From an uncultured SAR86 cluster bacterium (GTDB taxonomy: Bacteria; Pseudomonadota; Gammaproteobacteria; Magnimaribacterales; D2472): 64,000 bases of DNA. Shown here piece after piece: positions 10,801 to 21,287 of this stretch; within the stretch, counting starts at the first letter, position 1, and each line of letters begins with the position of its first letter. Below the pieces are notes generated by a model that worked only from the letters and a program-made list of their open reading frames with translations, was not told where the DNA came from and searched no databases. A program made the position numbers and the translations under genes. The stretch lies in NCBI GenBank assembly GCA_902628925.1, contig CACOPA010000001.1, forward strand, positions 253,517 to 317,516, read 5' to 3'.

Positions 10801-11328
10801 ATGAGTAAAATCCTTTTTTTATATTCATCCACAGATGGTCATACTGAAAGAATAAGTAGGCTTATGATGCAGCAATTTTCTTTGACTAATAACAAGGTTG
10901 ACTTAATTGATTGCAATCTAATGCCCAAAATAAACTTTTCTGATTATGATAAGTTTTTACTGGGCGCCAGCATAAGATATGGTAATTATAATAAAAACAT
11001 TCCTAAATTCATAAATCATAATTTAGCCGAAATACAAAAACTTAAGAATGGTTTCTTTACTGTAAATGCAGTCGCGAGAAAACCTGAGAAACAAACACCT
11101 GATTCCAATCCTTATGTAAGCAAGTTTTTAAGGCTTTCATCTTGGCAACCCAATAAAATAGGGGTATTTTCAGGCAAGATTGATTATCCAAAATACCGAT
11201 TCTTTGATAAACATATCATTAAATTCATTATGTATATAACAGGTGGACCAACAGATACTTCAAAGTCATATGAATTCACTGATTGGGATGCCGTCAAAAA
11301 ATTTACAGAGGACTTTGATTTGTTATAA
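10801..11328 (+). CDS. hemG: menaquinone-dependent protoporphyrinogen IX dehydrogenase (flavodoxin-like)
   Basis: 175 aa, colinear by eye with E. coli HemG (LFLYSSTDGHTERI, GASIRYGNYNKN, VARKPEKQTPDSNPY). Confidence 0.9.
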   Translation: MSKILFLYSSTDGHTERISRLMMQQFSLTNNKVDLIDCNLMPKINFSDYDKFLLGASIRYGNYNKNIPKFINHNLAEIQKLKNGFFTVNAVARKPEKQTPDSNPYVSKFLRLSSWQPNKIGVFSGKIDYPKYRFFDKHIIKFIMYITGGPTDTSKSYEFTDWDAVKKFTEDFDLL

Positions 11329-11352
11329 CTATGAATATAATATTCTATTTCA

Positions 11353-11682
11353 ATGTCAACACAATCAATAATTGTTACTGAATCTGCTAAAACTAGGATC
11401 TTAAATCTTGTTGAAACATCGGATTCAAATAAATTCAGAGTTTACGTTACTGGTGGAGGTTGTTCGGGTTTTCAATATGGTTTTAAATTTGACCAAGAAA
11501 TAGCGTTCGATGACGATGAAATTAATTTTATTGATTTTAGCGTTGTTTTAGACTCACTTTCATACCCATATCTTTACGGATCAACACTTGATTTTGTTGA
11601 AGATCTATCAGGTTCCCGCTTCATCATTCAAAATCCTAATGCTAAAACTACATGTGGATGTGGCGAATCTTTTTCTATCTGA
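11353..11682 (+). CDS. erpA: A-type iron-sulfur cluster insertion protein
   Basis: 109 aa with GGGCSGFQYGF and the C-terminal CGCGESFSI motif of the IscA/ErpA family. Confidence 0.85.
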   Translation: MSTQSIIVTESAKTRILNLVETSDSNKFRVYVTGGGCSGFQYGFKFDQEIAFDDDEINFIDFSVVLDSLSYPYLYGSTLDFVEDLSGSRFIIQNPNAKTTCGCGESFSI

Positions 11683-12766
11683 TTTTTGTAATAGATCCAA
11701 GCAACCCTTTAGAACCTTTGCCTTTATTTAATACTTGAAGAGTTTCATGATCGAGCCTTTTCTTTGCAAGCCATCCAAAAGCAGCTGACTCAACCAGCAT
11801 TGGATTTAGACCAATCTCTTTTGAAGATTTGATTTTTATTTTGAAAAGACTTTCAAGGTTGCTTAAAAGGATTTGATTTTTGATTCCGCCTCCGCAGACG
11901 TAAATTTCATCAATGGCTTTTTTAAGCTTTTGAGTTTGTTCGAAGATCATTTTTGCCGAAAAGAAATTTAGAGTTGCAAGTACATCCTCTTTAGGTTTTT
12001 TTAATAATTTTTTTGGTATGAAATTTAAATTAAAGATCTCTTTACCAGTAGACTTTGGTAATTTTTTTTGGAAAAAAGAATGCTTGCTCATCTCATTGAC
12101 CGATGATGCATGAATATCTCCCTTTGCTGCAATTAAGCCGCCTTTATCAAATTTTTTCTTTAAGACTTTTTGGCAATATGTATCCATGAGTGCATTTGCA
12201 GGCCCAGCATCAGAGCCTAAAACAAAAGATTTTCTTATGAAAGTGAAATTTGCAATGCCCCCAAGATTTATGATGAGCCTTGATTTCTGAGACTTAAATA
12301 TTTCATGATGAAAATAAGTTGTTAGGGGAGCGCCTTCACCCCCTAGGGCAATATGAGAATTCCTAAAATCAGATACAACTGGCACACCCAATGCATGAGA
12401 AATATAATTTGGATCGCCAAGCTGTATTGAGAAGGGGTGTTTGAATTTTGGTGCATGCCATACTGTTTGCCCTGATAAGCCAATACCTTTTACTCTTGAG
12501 TGCTTGATAGAATTTTTTCTTATGAGCCCTTTAATACTCTTTAAAAAATAACGCGTACATAATTGATTAATTTCACCAAATTCTTGCGCAGTAGTAATCT
12601 TACCGGACGCGAGGTTAATAATTTTGGTCTGATCATTTGAAGTAATTTTGGTGCTGTATGAACCGATGATTGATACAGATTTATTATCAATATTCAAAGC
12701 GCATGATTCCACAGCATCCGCGCTGGTTCCGCTCATGGTCCCTATGTATATATCTTTAGTTGGCAT
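11675..12766 (-). CDS. anmK: anhydro-N-acetylmuramic acid kinase
   Basis: 363 aa with N-terminal GTMSGTSADAVE and the internal NLGGIAN typical of AnmK. It sits next to erpA and the M23 peptidase, as in Pseudomonas. Confidence 0.9.
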   Translation of the reverse strand: MPTKDIYIGTMSGTSADAVESCALNIDNKSVSIIGSYSTKITSNDQTKIINLASGKITTAQEFGEINQLCTRYFLKSIKGLIRKNSIKHSRVKGIGLSGQTVWHAPKFKHPFSIQLGDPNYISHALGVPVVSDFRNSHIALGGEGAPLTTYFHHEIFKSQKSRLIINLGGIANFTFIRKSFVLGSDAGPANALMDTYCQKVLKKKFDKGGLIAAKGDIHASSVNEMSKHSFFQKKLPKSTGKEIFNLNFIPKKLLKKPKEDVLATLNFFSAKMIFEQTQKLKKAIDEIYVCGGGIKNQILLSNLESLFKIKIKSSKEIGLNPMLVESAAFGWLAKKRLDHETLQVLNKGKGSKGLLGSITKIR

Positions 12767-14006
12767 CAGCTATCATTATAGATAGCTTTTTAGTTAAGTC
12801 TAAAATCTGCGATTTTGTTTGATTAAACTTAGGTAGCTCCATTTTATCTATCGGTTTATCATCTGGCAGCCTAACTTTTAAAGGGTCTGTTCTTTTATCA
12901 CCGACCTTGAATTCATAATGTAGGTGAGGAGCGGTAGCAAGACCAGAGTCACCCACATAACCAATAACGGTACCTTGATTAACTTTAGATCCTTCACTCA
13001 GCTTTTTATTATATGACTCTAAATGTGCATACAGGGTGGTAATTTCACCTCCATGCCGTATCTGAATAGTTCTTCCATATCCACTTTTCCAGCCTTGATG
13101 AATAATTACTCCATCTCCAGTTGATCTTATAGGAGTATTTCTCTTTGCAGCATAATCTACCCCGTTATGCGCCCTGATTTTATTTAATATTGGATGTTTT
13201 CTTCGTGGATTGAAATGAGAGCTGACATAAGCAAAATCCAATGGCGCTCTTAAAAAAGCTTTCTTTAGACTGTTGCCGTCTTTATCGAAATAAAATTTTT
13301 CTCCAGATCCATCAAAGAATCTAATGGCTGTATACTCCTGCTCTTGATTGATGAACTCTGCATAAAGGATATCGCCATTATCTATCTTAGCTCCCTTAAC
13401 GTATGGCGTTTCATATAGAACTTTAAAACTATCCCCTTCTCTAATATCAAAAATAAAATCAATGTCCCAGCCAAAAAGATAAGCAAGATCCATTATCACA
13501 CTATCAGGAATTCCACTCTCAAGAGCTGCCTCATAAAAGCTTGAAATTATTTTGCCTGACTTAAACTCTCTGATAACTTCAGGCTCTATGTTAATTAGCT
13601 CATATTCAGGCTCATTTGAATTTGTAACTGATAAGGAAAAGAGAGACCCTTTTCTAAGCTCAATCCTAAGCAACTCATTATCTAAAAAATGAAATTCAAA
13701 TTCATTACCAGGCATTAAGTTTGCGAAATCATTCTTGTGGGGACCTCTCAAGATTCTATAGGTTAAATTTAGGGGCACTTTGTTTTCTTCGAAAACGACA
13801 CTCATACTGTCACCATCTTCAACAGTATAAAAACTCGAATGTTTATTCTTTTCTATCGAGACCTCAAGATTTATTGAGCTCTGCTCTATGGAGAGTTCAG
13901 GAATTTCTTCATCTTCTTGCGCTGCAAAGAAAACAATTAACACCGCCAAAAAAGCGGGAATAATTAGATAGATATTTTTTAGCTTAAGCTCCTTGAGAAT
14001 TGCCAT
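12756..14006 (-). CDS. M23-family murein endopeptidase (MepM/YebA-like)
   Basis: 416 aa with an N-terminal membrane anchor. M23 zinc motifs are present: HNGVDYAA ... LYAHL ... APHLHYEF. Confidence 0.85.
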   Translation of the reverse strand: MAILKELKLKNIYLIIPAFLAVLIVFFAAQEDEEIPELSIEQSSINLEVSIEKNKHSSFYTVEDGDSMSVVFEENKVPLNLTYRILRGPHKNDFANLMPGNEFEFHFLDNELLRIELRKGSLFSLSVTNSNEPEYELINIEPEVIREFKSGKIISSFYEAALESGIPDSVIMDLAYLFGWDIDFIFDIREGDSFKVLYETPYVKGAKIDNGDILYAEFINQEQEYTAIRFFDGSGEKFYFDKDGNSLKKAFLRAPLDFAYVSSHFNPRRKHPILNKIRAHNGVDYAAKRNTPIRSTGDGVIIHQGWKSGYGRTIQIRHGGEITTLYAHLESYNKKLSEGSKVNQGTVIGYVGDSGLATAPHLHYEFKVGDKRTDPLKVRLPDDKPIDKMELPKFNQTKSQILDLTKKLSIMIADAN

Positions 14007-14007
14007 T

Positions 14008-17000
14008 TTAAGTTTCTAGATTAAGTAGCTCTGCGTTTCCTCCAATGGCCACGGTATTAATCGACACTAATTTTTCATTCACAAATTGGATTAAATAATT
14101 TGGACCACCAGCTTTATGACCAGTTCCAGACAAGCCAGAGCCACCAAATGGCTGAGTCCCAACAACAGCTCCAATCATATCTCGATTAATATAACTATTA
14201 CCCGAGCTTACCAACTTACTTATCTTTGTCGCTTTACTCTCAATTCTAGAATGAATTCCAAATGTTAATCCAAAACCCTTAGATTTCAATTCTTGTAAGA
14301 CAATTTCTAGATTTTTTTCTTGAAATGAAACTAGGTGTAATACAGGCCCAAAGATTTCTTCATTGATATCTGAAAGCGATGACATCTCAATAAATGTAGG
14401 TTGAATAAACTGATCAGTATGATAATGGTTTTCATTCGCACAAAATATTTTGAATCCCTCAGACCTCTTTATATCAACATAAGCTTTAATCTTATTTGCT
14501 GCATCAACACTTATTATTGGTCCTACGTCTGTTCGAGTCTCTCTTGGATTACCAACTACAAGATCATCCATTGCTCCAGCAAGCATAGTTTTAAAATCTT
14601 GATAAACATCTTCATGAATCAATGCAATTCTTAATGCTGAGCATCTTTGACCTGCAGACATAAAAGCCGATCTAATCACATCATCGCAAGCTTGTTCCAA
14701 TAGTGCCGATGAGTCGATAACCATTGCATTCAGGCCGCCTGTCTCAGCAACTAGGGATACAATTTGTCCTGATTTTTGTGCAAGATTTTGATGAATGTTT
14801 TTTGCAGTCTGAAGTGAGCCGGTAAAACAGACTAGGTCCAAGGGTTGTGATTTAATAATACGCTCACCTACTTTCCCATCACCAAGAACAAGATTTATTG
14901 CATCATCAGGAACCCCTTTTGTCAGCAGCAATTTAATAAACTCATATGCAATGATTGTTGTGTGCTCCGATGGTTTTGCAATGACTGTATTACCGGTCAC
15001 CAAGGCTGCAATAATTTGTCCCGCAGTAATAGCAAGAGGAAAATTCCATGGGCTAATACAAAGCACTACTCCTTTTGGTACGTGCTGAAGAAAGTTTTTT
15101 TCACCGGTTGGCCCAGCCATCTCTTTGTTTTCAAATAGATCTTCAGCTTGCTCAACGTAATATCTGATAAGATCAATTGCCTCCCTTATTTCATCTACTG
15201 AGTCTTGATAAGTTTTGCCTGATTCATTTACAAGGAGGCTTAAGAATTTTGTTGGGTTGGATTCAATGTGATCGGCAACTCCAAGTAGCACTTTAGCTTT
15301 GTCATCAAATGATTTTTCAGCCCAGTGTTTTGACTGCTGGAATATTATGTCTTGCTCTGCATTAAAACTTGAATAGGTACCAAGAATCTTTCCATCAATA
15401 GGGCTAGAAATTTTAATTTTATCAGTTGAATTTATTTCAGCTGAGGATAAGTTAGTAACATTAAAGGCGTTTTCAGCAAGAGTATTAATTGAGTTCTTTA
15501 ATTCATTTAAAGATTCTTTTTCAGATAGATCTGTTCCTAATGAATTTTTTCTGTTTCCGTACATATTAGGTGGAATTTTGATCGGTTTTATTTTATTGCA
15601 AAGAAGCTTTTCTTTCACAACCCTTTGAGGTGATTGAGCTACTTTTTCTGCAGGGATATTTTCATCAAATAATTGATTAACAAATGATGCATTAGCACCG
15701 TTTTCAAGTAACCTTCTGACTAAATAGGGCAGCAGTTCTTTATGTTCACCAATAGGACAATAAACATTTGTTTTAAAATCCTGATCAAATATTTTTTCGC
15801 AACCCTGGTATAAGAGCTCACCCATTCCATAGAGCCTCTGAAAAGAAACATCCTTACCATCTGCAAGATGCATGATGCTAGAAATTGTATTGGCATTATG
15901 GGTAGCAAAACAAGGCAGGATTGAACTCGAATCAATCATCGCTTTGGCACAATATAGATAGTTTAGATCAGTTAAACTTTTGGCAGTGAATACAGAATAA
16001 TCTGGGTATCCATTTTTTTGAGCATTCTTTATCTCATAATCCCAATAAGCACCCTTAACTAACCTGACCCCGATCTTTTCACGCTCTTTGCCAAGCTGGC
16101 CTATATGATTGATTAAATCAAAAGCTCTTTTACCATAAGCTTGAACCGCAACACCTATCTTTTCCCAATCCCTGATATCTTTTTCAAGCAAGATTTTTTC
16201 AATCAAATCCAGACTCACTGTTAACCTATCTTGCTCTTCTGCATCGATCGTAAGCGGAACATCTTTTTCTAAAGCCAATAAGGCTAGATCTCTGAATCTT
16301 GGCAGCAGCTTTTCATTAACATCATTTTGATGAAGTAAATCATACTTTGAGTAAAGTGCAGAAAGCTTAATTGAGACACCATGATCATTGCCTGTTTGCT
16401 GATTAAATTTACCTACAACATGAATAGATTCCTTGTAAGCACCCAGAAATTCTGAGGCCTGAACTTCATTCCTTGCAGCTTCTCCCAGCATATCAAATGA
16501 ACAATTTTCATTTTTAACAATTGTGGAATGCTCAAGATCTGAAATATTTCTAGCACATACAAACTCATCACCCAAAATACTCATAGCCATCCTTACGGCT
16601 TCTCGGATGGGAGCCTCACCAATTTTGTTTGATAGATTTTTTAACCAGTGCGATTCAAGACCAATAGGCTTGAGGAATGTTTGAGCAATGATCAATCCCC
16701 AGGTAGCGGAGTTTACTAACAAGCTATCAGCTTGATTAAGGTGTTCAATCCATTTGGCAGAAGTAATTTTTTCTTTAATTAAATCATCTCGTGTTTTTTT
16801 ATCAGGAATCCTTAGAAGTGATTCGGCTAAGCACATTAGTGCTATCCCTTCATTATTAGAAAGACCATACTCTTCCATAAAAGCATCAAGGCGGGTTCTT
16901 TTTGATTTATTTTCTCTGCAAAAATTTACTAAACGAATAGCATTTTCTTCAATTTCACTTGAATCAAGAAATTTAGAGTTTTGCAAAATTGAATGTGCAA

Positions 17001-17037
17001 TCTCAACATCTGATCTAAATTTTGAACCGGTTTTCAC
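14008..17037 (-). CDS. putA: bifunctional proline dehydrogenase / L-glutamate gamma-semialdehyde dehydrogenase (short form, no RHH DNA-binding domain)
   Basis: 1009 aa with an N-terminal PRODH barrel (LSNNEGIALMCLAESLLRIPD) and a C-terminal ALDH domain (FTGS, ETGGLNAM, GQRCSA). Confidence 0.95.
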   Translation of the reverse strand: MKTGSKFRSDVEIAHSILQNSKFLDSSEIEENAIRLVNFCRENKSKRTRLDAFMEEYGLSNNEGIALMCLAESLLRIPDKKTRDDLIKEKITSAKWIEHLNQADSLLVNSATWGLIIAQTFLKPIGLESHWLKNLSNKIGEAPIREAVRMAMSILGDEFVCARNISDLEHSTIVKNENCSFDMLGEAARNEVQASEFLGAYKESIHVVGKFNQQTGNDHGVSIKLSALYSKYDLLHQNDVNEKLLPRFRDLALLALEKDVPLTIDAEEQDRLTVSLDLIEKILLEKDIRDWEKIGVAVQAYGKRAFDLINHIGQLGKEREKIGVRLVKGAYWDYEIKNAQKNGYPDYSVFTAKSLTDLNYLYCAKAMIDSSSILPCFATHNANTISSIMHLADGKDVSFQRLYGMGELLYQGCEKIFDQDFKTNVYCPIGEHKELLPYLVRRLLENGANASFVNQLFDENIPAEKVAQSPQRVVKEKLLCNKIKPIKIPPNMYGNRKNSLGTDLSEKESLNELKNSINTLAENAFNVTNLSSAEINSTDKIKISSPIDGKILGTYSSFNAEQDIIFQQSKHWAEKSFDDKAKVLLGVADHIESNPTKFLSLLVNESGKTYQDSVDEIREAIDLIRYYVEQAEDLFENKEMAGPTGEKNFLQHVPKGVVLCISPWNFPLAITAGQIIAALVTGNTVIAKPSEHTTIIAYEFIKLLLTKGVPDDAINLVLGDGKVGERIIKSQPLDLVCFTGSLQTAKNIHQNLAQKSGQIVSLVAETGGLNAMVIDSSALLEQACDDVIRSAFMSAGQRCSALRIALIHEDVYQDFKTMLAGAMDDLVVGNPRETRTDVGPIISVDAANKIKAYVDIKRSEGFKIFCANENHYHTDQFIQPTFIEMSSLSDINEEIFGPVLHLVSFQEKNLEIVLQELKSKGFGLTFGIHSRIESKATKISKLVSSGNSYINRDMIGAVVGTQPFGGSGLSGTGHKAGGPNYLIQFVNEKLVSINTVAIGGNAELLNLET

Positions 17038-17061
17038 AAAGATAAGCTTATTATTCTTTAG

Positions 17062-17757
17062 TTATTCAAAGTTAAGTTTTAAAGCACCCACTTCATCAAT
17101 CGATGCCTCCAATATGTCTCCTTTTTCAATGTTTCCAACTCCAGCTGGAGTGCCAGTAAATAAAATATCACCTGGTTTAAGGATTACTTTTTGAGACAAA
17201 ATGCTTATTAATTCCTTTATTCCCCAAACCATCGTATTGATTGAAGTGCTTTGTTTTTCTTCTCCATTAATTGATAGCGAAATATTATTATTCTTTAATA
17301 CCACTTCCTCATACTTTTTTATTTCTGAAATAGGCCCAGATTGATCAAATGATTTAGCGCTCTCCCAGGGATGGCCCTTATCCTTGGAGTTTTTTTGAAT
17401 ATCTCTTTTAGTTAGATCCACTCCTACTGCATATCCAAAAATACATTGATGCGCTGCATCAACATCAATATTCATACCACCTTTTTTTAAGCAAACGACT
17501 AATTCAACCTCGTGGTGAAGATTGGCTGTATCTTCAGGTATCAAGATTTTATCAAGTTGAGTAACTGACTCAGGGACTTTTGAAAAAAAGAAGGGCTCTT
17601 TTTTTTCAACCTGAGAACCCATTTCTTTTGCGTGTTCAGCATAATTTTTACCAACACAAAAAACCCTATGAATCGGAAATAAAGTATTAGATTCTGCAAT
17701 CCTCATGCCTCTAACAATTGGATTGAATTCAAAGCTTAGTTTATTTTCTGTACTCAT
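17062..17757 (-). CDS. fumarylacetoacetate hydrolase family protein
   Basis: 231 aa, FAH-fold (CVGKNYAEHAKEMG, HHEVELVV, GDILFTGTPAGVG). Confidence 0.85.
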   Translation of the reverse strand: MSTENKLSFEFNPIVRGMRIAESNTLFPIHRVFCVGKNYAEHAKEMGSQVEKKEPFFFSKVPESVTQLDKILIPEDTANLHHEVELVVCLKKGGMNIDVDAAHQCIFGYAVGVDLTKRDIQKNSKDKGHPWESAKSFDQSGPISEIKKYEEVVLKNNNISLSINGEEKQSTSINTMVWGIKELISILSQKVILKPGDILFTGTPAGVGNIEKGDILEASIDEVGALKLNFE

Positions 17758-17800
17758 TTAGTTAATACCTCTCTATCTAATACTATAATAAGCCAATATC

Positions 17801-18991
17801 ATGAAAGAAGAATTAAAATTAATTCATCGGGGTTCTGATGAGCTAATTAATGAGAAAGAACTTGTAGAAAAACTAAAAGAAGGCTCACCCCTTAATGTAA
17901 AAGTAGGTTTTGACCCAACTGCACCTGATCTTCACCTAGGTCATACTGTGCTAATAAATAAAATGAAGCACTATGAAGATTTAGGCCACAAGATCATTTT
18001 CGTCATTGGCGACTTTACTGGAATGATTGGTGATCCATCAGGTAAAAATAAAACAAGACCTCCGTTAACTAAAGAGGAGGTTTTAAAAAATGCGGAGACT
18101 TATAAGAAGCAAGTCTTCAAAATATTAGATCCAAAGAAAACCGAGATTAGATTTAACTCTGAATGGTGCTCAGCTTTGGGAGCAGAAGGTTTTATTGAGC
18201 TTGCATCTCAATACAATCTAGCAAGGATGCTTGAAAGGGACGACTTTAATAAACGATACAAATCAAACCAAAGTATCTCCATTCATGAACTGCTTTACCC
18301 TTTAGTGCAAGCCTACGATTCTGTTTACTTAAAAGCTGACGTTGAGTTGGGTGGTACGGATCAGAAATTTAATCTTTTAGTCGGCAGAGAAATTCAAAAA
18401 TCTTACGGAATTGATCCACAGGTAATTCAAACTGTCCCCATTTTAGAGGGTTTAGATGGAGTAAAAAAAATGTCTAAATCGCTGGATAACTATATCGGCA
18501 TAGATGAAGAGCCCAATGATATGTTTGGTAAAGTGATGTCAATTTCGGATGAGTTAATGTGGCGTTGGTTTGATTTATTGAGCTTTAAATCCGATAAAGA
18601 AATCAAACAATTAAAAACATCACAAGAAAAGGGTGCAAACCCTAGAGATATAAAAATAGAACTAGCCAAAGAAATCATTGCTCGGTTTCATGATGGGGTT
18701 GCCGCTGATTCTGCGCACTCGAATTTTGTGAATCAATTTCAAAAAAAACAAACACCTGATGATATTGAAGAGGTCAAACTCACTATCGCATCATCCTCAA
18801 TAGCTTTACCAAACTTACTTAAGGATAGTGGTATGTTAAAAAGTACTTCTGAAGCCATGAGGCTCATCAAGCAAGGAGCAGTAAAAATTGATGAGCAAAA
18901 AATTGAAGATCCAAAGTTCCAAGTTGAAAAAGGTACCAATCAAACCTACCAAGTTGGTAAAAGAAATTTTAAGAAAATTAACGTCACCTGA
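17801..18991 (+). CDS. tyrS: tyrosine--tRNA ligase (type 2)
   Basis: 396 aa with class-I HIGH (DLHLGHTV) and KMSKS motifs and a C-terminal S4-like domain. Confidence 0.95.
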   Translation: MKEELKLIHRGSDELINEKELVEKLKEGSPLNVKVGFDPTAPDLHLGHTVLINKMKHYEDLGHKIIFVIGDFTGMIGDPSGKNKTRPPLTKEEVLKNAETYKKQVFKILDPKKTEIRFNSEWCSALGAEGFIELASQYNLARMLERDDFNKRYKSNQSISIHELLYPLVQAYDSVYLKADVELGGTDQKFNLLVGREIQKSYGIDPQVIQTVPILEGLDGVKKMSKSLDNYIGIDEEPNDMFGKVMSISDELMWRWFDLLSFKSDKEIKQLKTSQEKGANPRDIKIELAKEIIARFHDGVAADSAHSNFVNQFQKKQTPDDIEEVKLTIASSSIALPNLLKDSGMLKSTSEAMRLIKQGAVKIDEQKIEDPKFQVEKGTNQTYQVGKRNFKKINVT

Positions 18992-19024
18992 TAAAATACA
19001 GACACTTAAGTTAAAAACCACCCA

Positions 19025-19714
19025 ATGAATCAGTTCTTTTACACACTCTCATTTTGCCTGAAGCACTTTTCATATTTGTTTGTACTGGCGCTGCCGCTTA
19101 TAACATTGGAATTTGCAGTTAGTTATTTAGTTTTACAACTCGATCTCAATGAGAATATGTCTAATGACTTGATTATTGAATCCATCCAACCAGTCGCAAT
19201 ACAATTGGCTGTCCTAGGAATTGTTTCAATGGTTCTATCGATAGCTTTTTATGGAGCAATGATGGTCGCCTTTGAAGCTCTTACATCCAATCAAGATTTG
19301 AGTATAAATCAAGCATACCTCATGGGCTTGAGAAAATTTTTCCCATTACTTTGGAGTTCTATCGCTGCATCAATTGTATATGGGCTCGGGCTATTACTGC
19401 TTGTGTTGCCAGGATTTTACCTATTTGCAAGACTAGGAATGTATCCAGCATACATCATGTTTCAAAATAAAAGGGCATTCGAATCGCTGGGCCTAGCATG
19501 GAATGATTCGGATAAAGAGGGCACCAAGCTCTTTTTAATCACGAGTGTATTTATTGGACTTCAATTAGTCATAGGTTTAATTTTTGGCCTGCTAGCCATT
19601 GATACCAACATGGTTACAATATTGGTCTTGGCTTTGGTCAAATACTTCACACTCATACCACTTTTTTATCTTTTTTATAGCCTTTATAAATCACTGCATC
19701 CAAACAATATCTGA
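19025..19714 (+). CDS. integral membrane protein, unknown function
   Basis: 229-aa ORF with about 6 hydrophobic helices. I recognise no catalytic motif. Confidence 0.5.
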   Translation: MNQFFYTLSFCLKHFSYLFVLALPLITLEFAVSYLVLQLDLNENMSNDLIIESIQPVAIQLAVLGIVSMVLSIAFYGAMMVAFEALTSNQDLSINQAYLMGLRKFFPLLWSSIAASIVYGLGLLLLVLPGFYLFARLGMYPAYIMFQNKRAFESLGLAWNDSDKEGTKLFLITSVFIGLQLVIGLIFGLLAIDTNMVTILVLALVKYFTLIPLFYLFYSLYKSLHPNNI

Positions 19715-19743
19715 TTGTCACTCAGACGAATGAGTTGTAGAAT
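19715..19743 (+). promoter_or_regulatory. sigma70-type promoter for tRNA-Ile
   Basis: TTGTCA (19715-19720), an exact 17-nt spacer, then TAGAAT (19738-19743). A GC-rich discriminator (gcacc) follows. The tRNA starts at 19761. Confidence 0.55.
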
Positions 19744-19760
19744 GCACCTTCCAATTTTTT

Positions 19761-19816
<56 letters not shown>

Positions 19817-19838
<22 letters not shown>

Positions 19839-20305
19839 AGTTTTAACATACTTGTTAATAAGCACATTCCCATACAGATTAAAAAAAGAAAGTACTTTAT
19901 AAGAGTAATTTTATTTTTATAACTAACTATCATCATTTCTGTTGTTTCAGCTTTTAACAGCTGAATCTGAAAAATTCCTTCGGTAAGGTCGGCTGCAATT
20001 AATATTAAAGGTAGTAAAGCTAAAAACCTCCATTGGCCTTCAAGATTATCTATCAGGATCCCAAAAAATAAAAATCCATAAGCAAGTGGGAAAATAACAT
20101 CCAGCGTCATTGTTACCCATAGATGAATACTTGCCTGCAAAGTACTCATATTGTCAAGAATAAAAAGAACCCTTTGATCAAGGTATTCTTGATCTAAATA
20201 ATTAATTTCAAACTTGTTTCCAACAAATAGAAAAGCACATATGCAGACAAAAGATAAAATTAAGCATCCAAATTGAAATCTCTTATTTTTTACTACTTCA
20301 AACAT
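19817..20305 (-). CDS. membrane protein, unknown function
   Basis: 162-aa ORF with 4-5 hydrophobic helices. Its last ~7 codons are the complement of the tRNA-Ile 3' end. Confidence 0.45.
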
Positions 20306-20324
20306 TGTTTAATAGGTATTTTAA

Positions 20325-20351
20325 TTCAGACAGATACTATTTTTGTCTGAA
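20325..20351. promoter_or_regulatory. perfect 8-bp inverted repeat with 11-nt spacer (candidate operator) in a divergent promoter region
   Basis: ttcagaca (20325-20332), N11, tgtctgaa (20344-20351), lying between the 19817-20305(-) and 20372(+) genes. Confidence 0.3.
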
Positions 20352-20371
20352 ACAATGCAAAATTAATATCT

Positions 20372-21277
20372 ATGCAATATTTAATTGCCCCAATTCTTGC
20401 TTGTATAACTATTTACCTTGGCAGTCCGGTAGTAGGGCTATTATTAGGGATTGGATTCTCTATTGTTTTTTTAACTGATAATGAGTTTATAACCAGAAAG
20501 TACGCCACTAGATTATTACAAACCGGAATCATTCTTTTGGGTTTTTCGATTGATTTTAGTGTTGCTCAAGAAACCAGTTCAAGCTATTTGTTACCAATAT
20601 CTTTGTTTGTTGTTTTTGTTTTTTTATTAACTTTAATTTTAGGAAAGCTACTGAAATTAAAGCAATCATACATATATTTAATTGCATCTGGTTCATCAAT
20701 TTGTGGTGGAACAGCAATGGCCGCAGTAGCTCCAGTTATAAAATCAAAACCTCAAGAGTTGTCGATAGCCATTGCCATAATCTTTTTATTAAATGCAATC
20801 GGCATATTATTTTTTCCACTGATTGCTGAACAGATTAATCTCTCCCAATCGGAATTTGGTCTATGGGCGGCGACAGCGATTCATGATACCAGTGCAGTAA
20901 TTGGAGCTGCGATGATTTATGGAGCCGAATCCCTTGAGGTTGCTGCAACATTAAAGCTTGGTCGAACATTATGGATTATTCCATTAGTTATCATTCTTTC
21001 ATTAATGAATAGGACAGACAGCAGACCAAAATTACCATTGTTTGTAATTGGTTTTATCTTAGCTATTTTTATAGGCTCCTCATTTCAACTGCCAATTGAT
21101 TCTTCTCAATTTAAACAATTAAGTTCAGTTTTCTTACTGTTAGGTCTTTTTTGTGTAGGTACACAAATTAGTAAAAATGCTTTTGTGGGAGTTGATAAAA
21201 GCTTATTTATCTTTCCGGTTTTAATTTGGCTTATTGTTATCCCAGCTTCATTGTTTTTGACCTTTCAAATAGCTTAA
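20372..21277 (+). CDS. YeiH/UPF0324-family membrane protein (putative sulfate-exporter family)
   Basis: 301 aa, polytopic. Motifs are typical of the YeiH family (SSICGGTAMAAVAPV, TAIHDTSAVIGAA). Confidence 0.7.
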   Translation: MQYLIAPILACITIYLGSPVVGLLLGIGFSIVFLTDNEFITRKYATRLLQTGIILLGFSIDFSVAQETSSSYLLPISLFVVFVFLLTLILGKLLKLKQSYIYLIASGSSICGGTAMAAVAPVIKSKPQELSIAIAIIFLLNAIGILFFPLIAEQINLSQSEFGLWAATAIHDTSAVIGAAMIYGAESLEVAATLKLGRTLWIIPLVIILSLMNRTDSRPKLPLFVIGFILAIFIGSSFQLPIDSSQFKQLSSVFLLLGLFCVGTQISKNAFVGVDKSLFIFPVLIWLIVIPASLFLTFQIA

Positions 21278-21287
21278 TAGTTAATTT

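Noticed and set aside
16754-17194. 146-aa plus-strand ORF spanning the putA 5' end and the FAH gene 3' end
   Set aside because: It is antisense to two well-supported genes and crosses their intergenic gap. No recognisable motif. Typical AT-rich shadow ORF.
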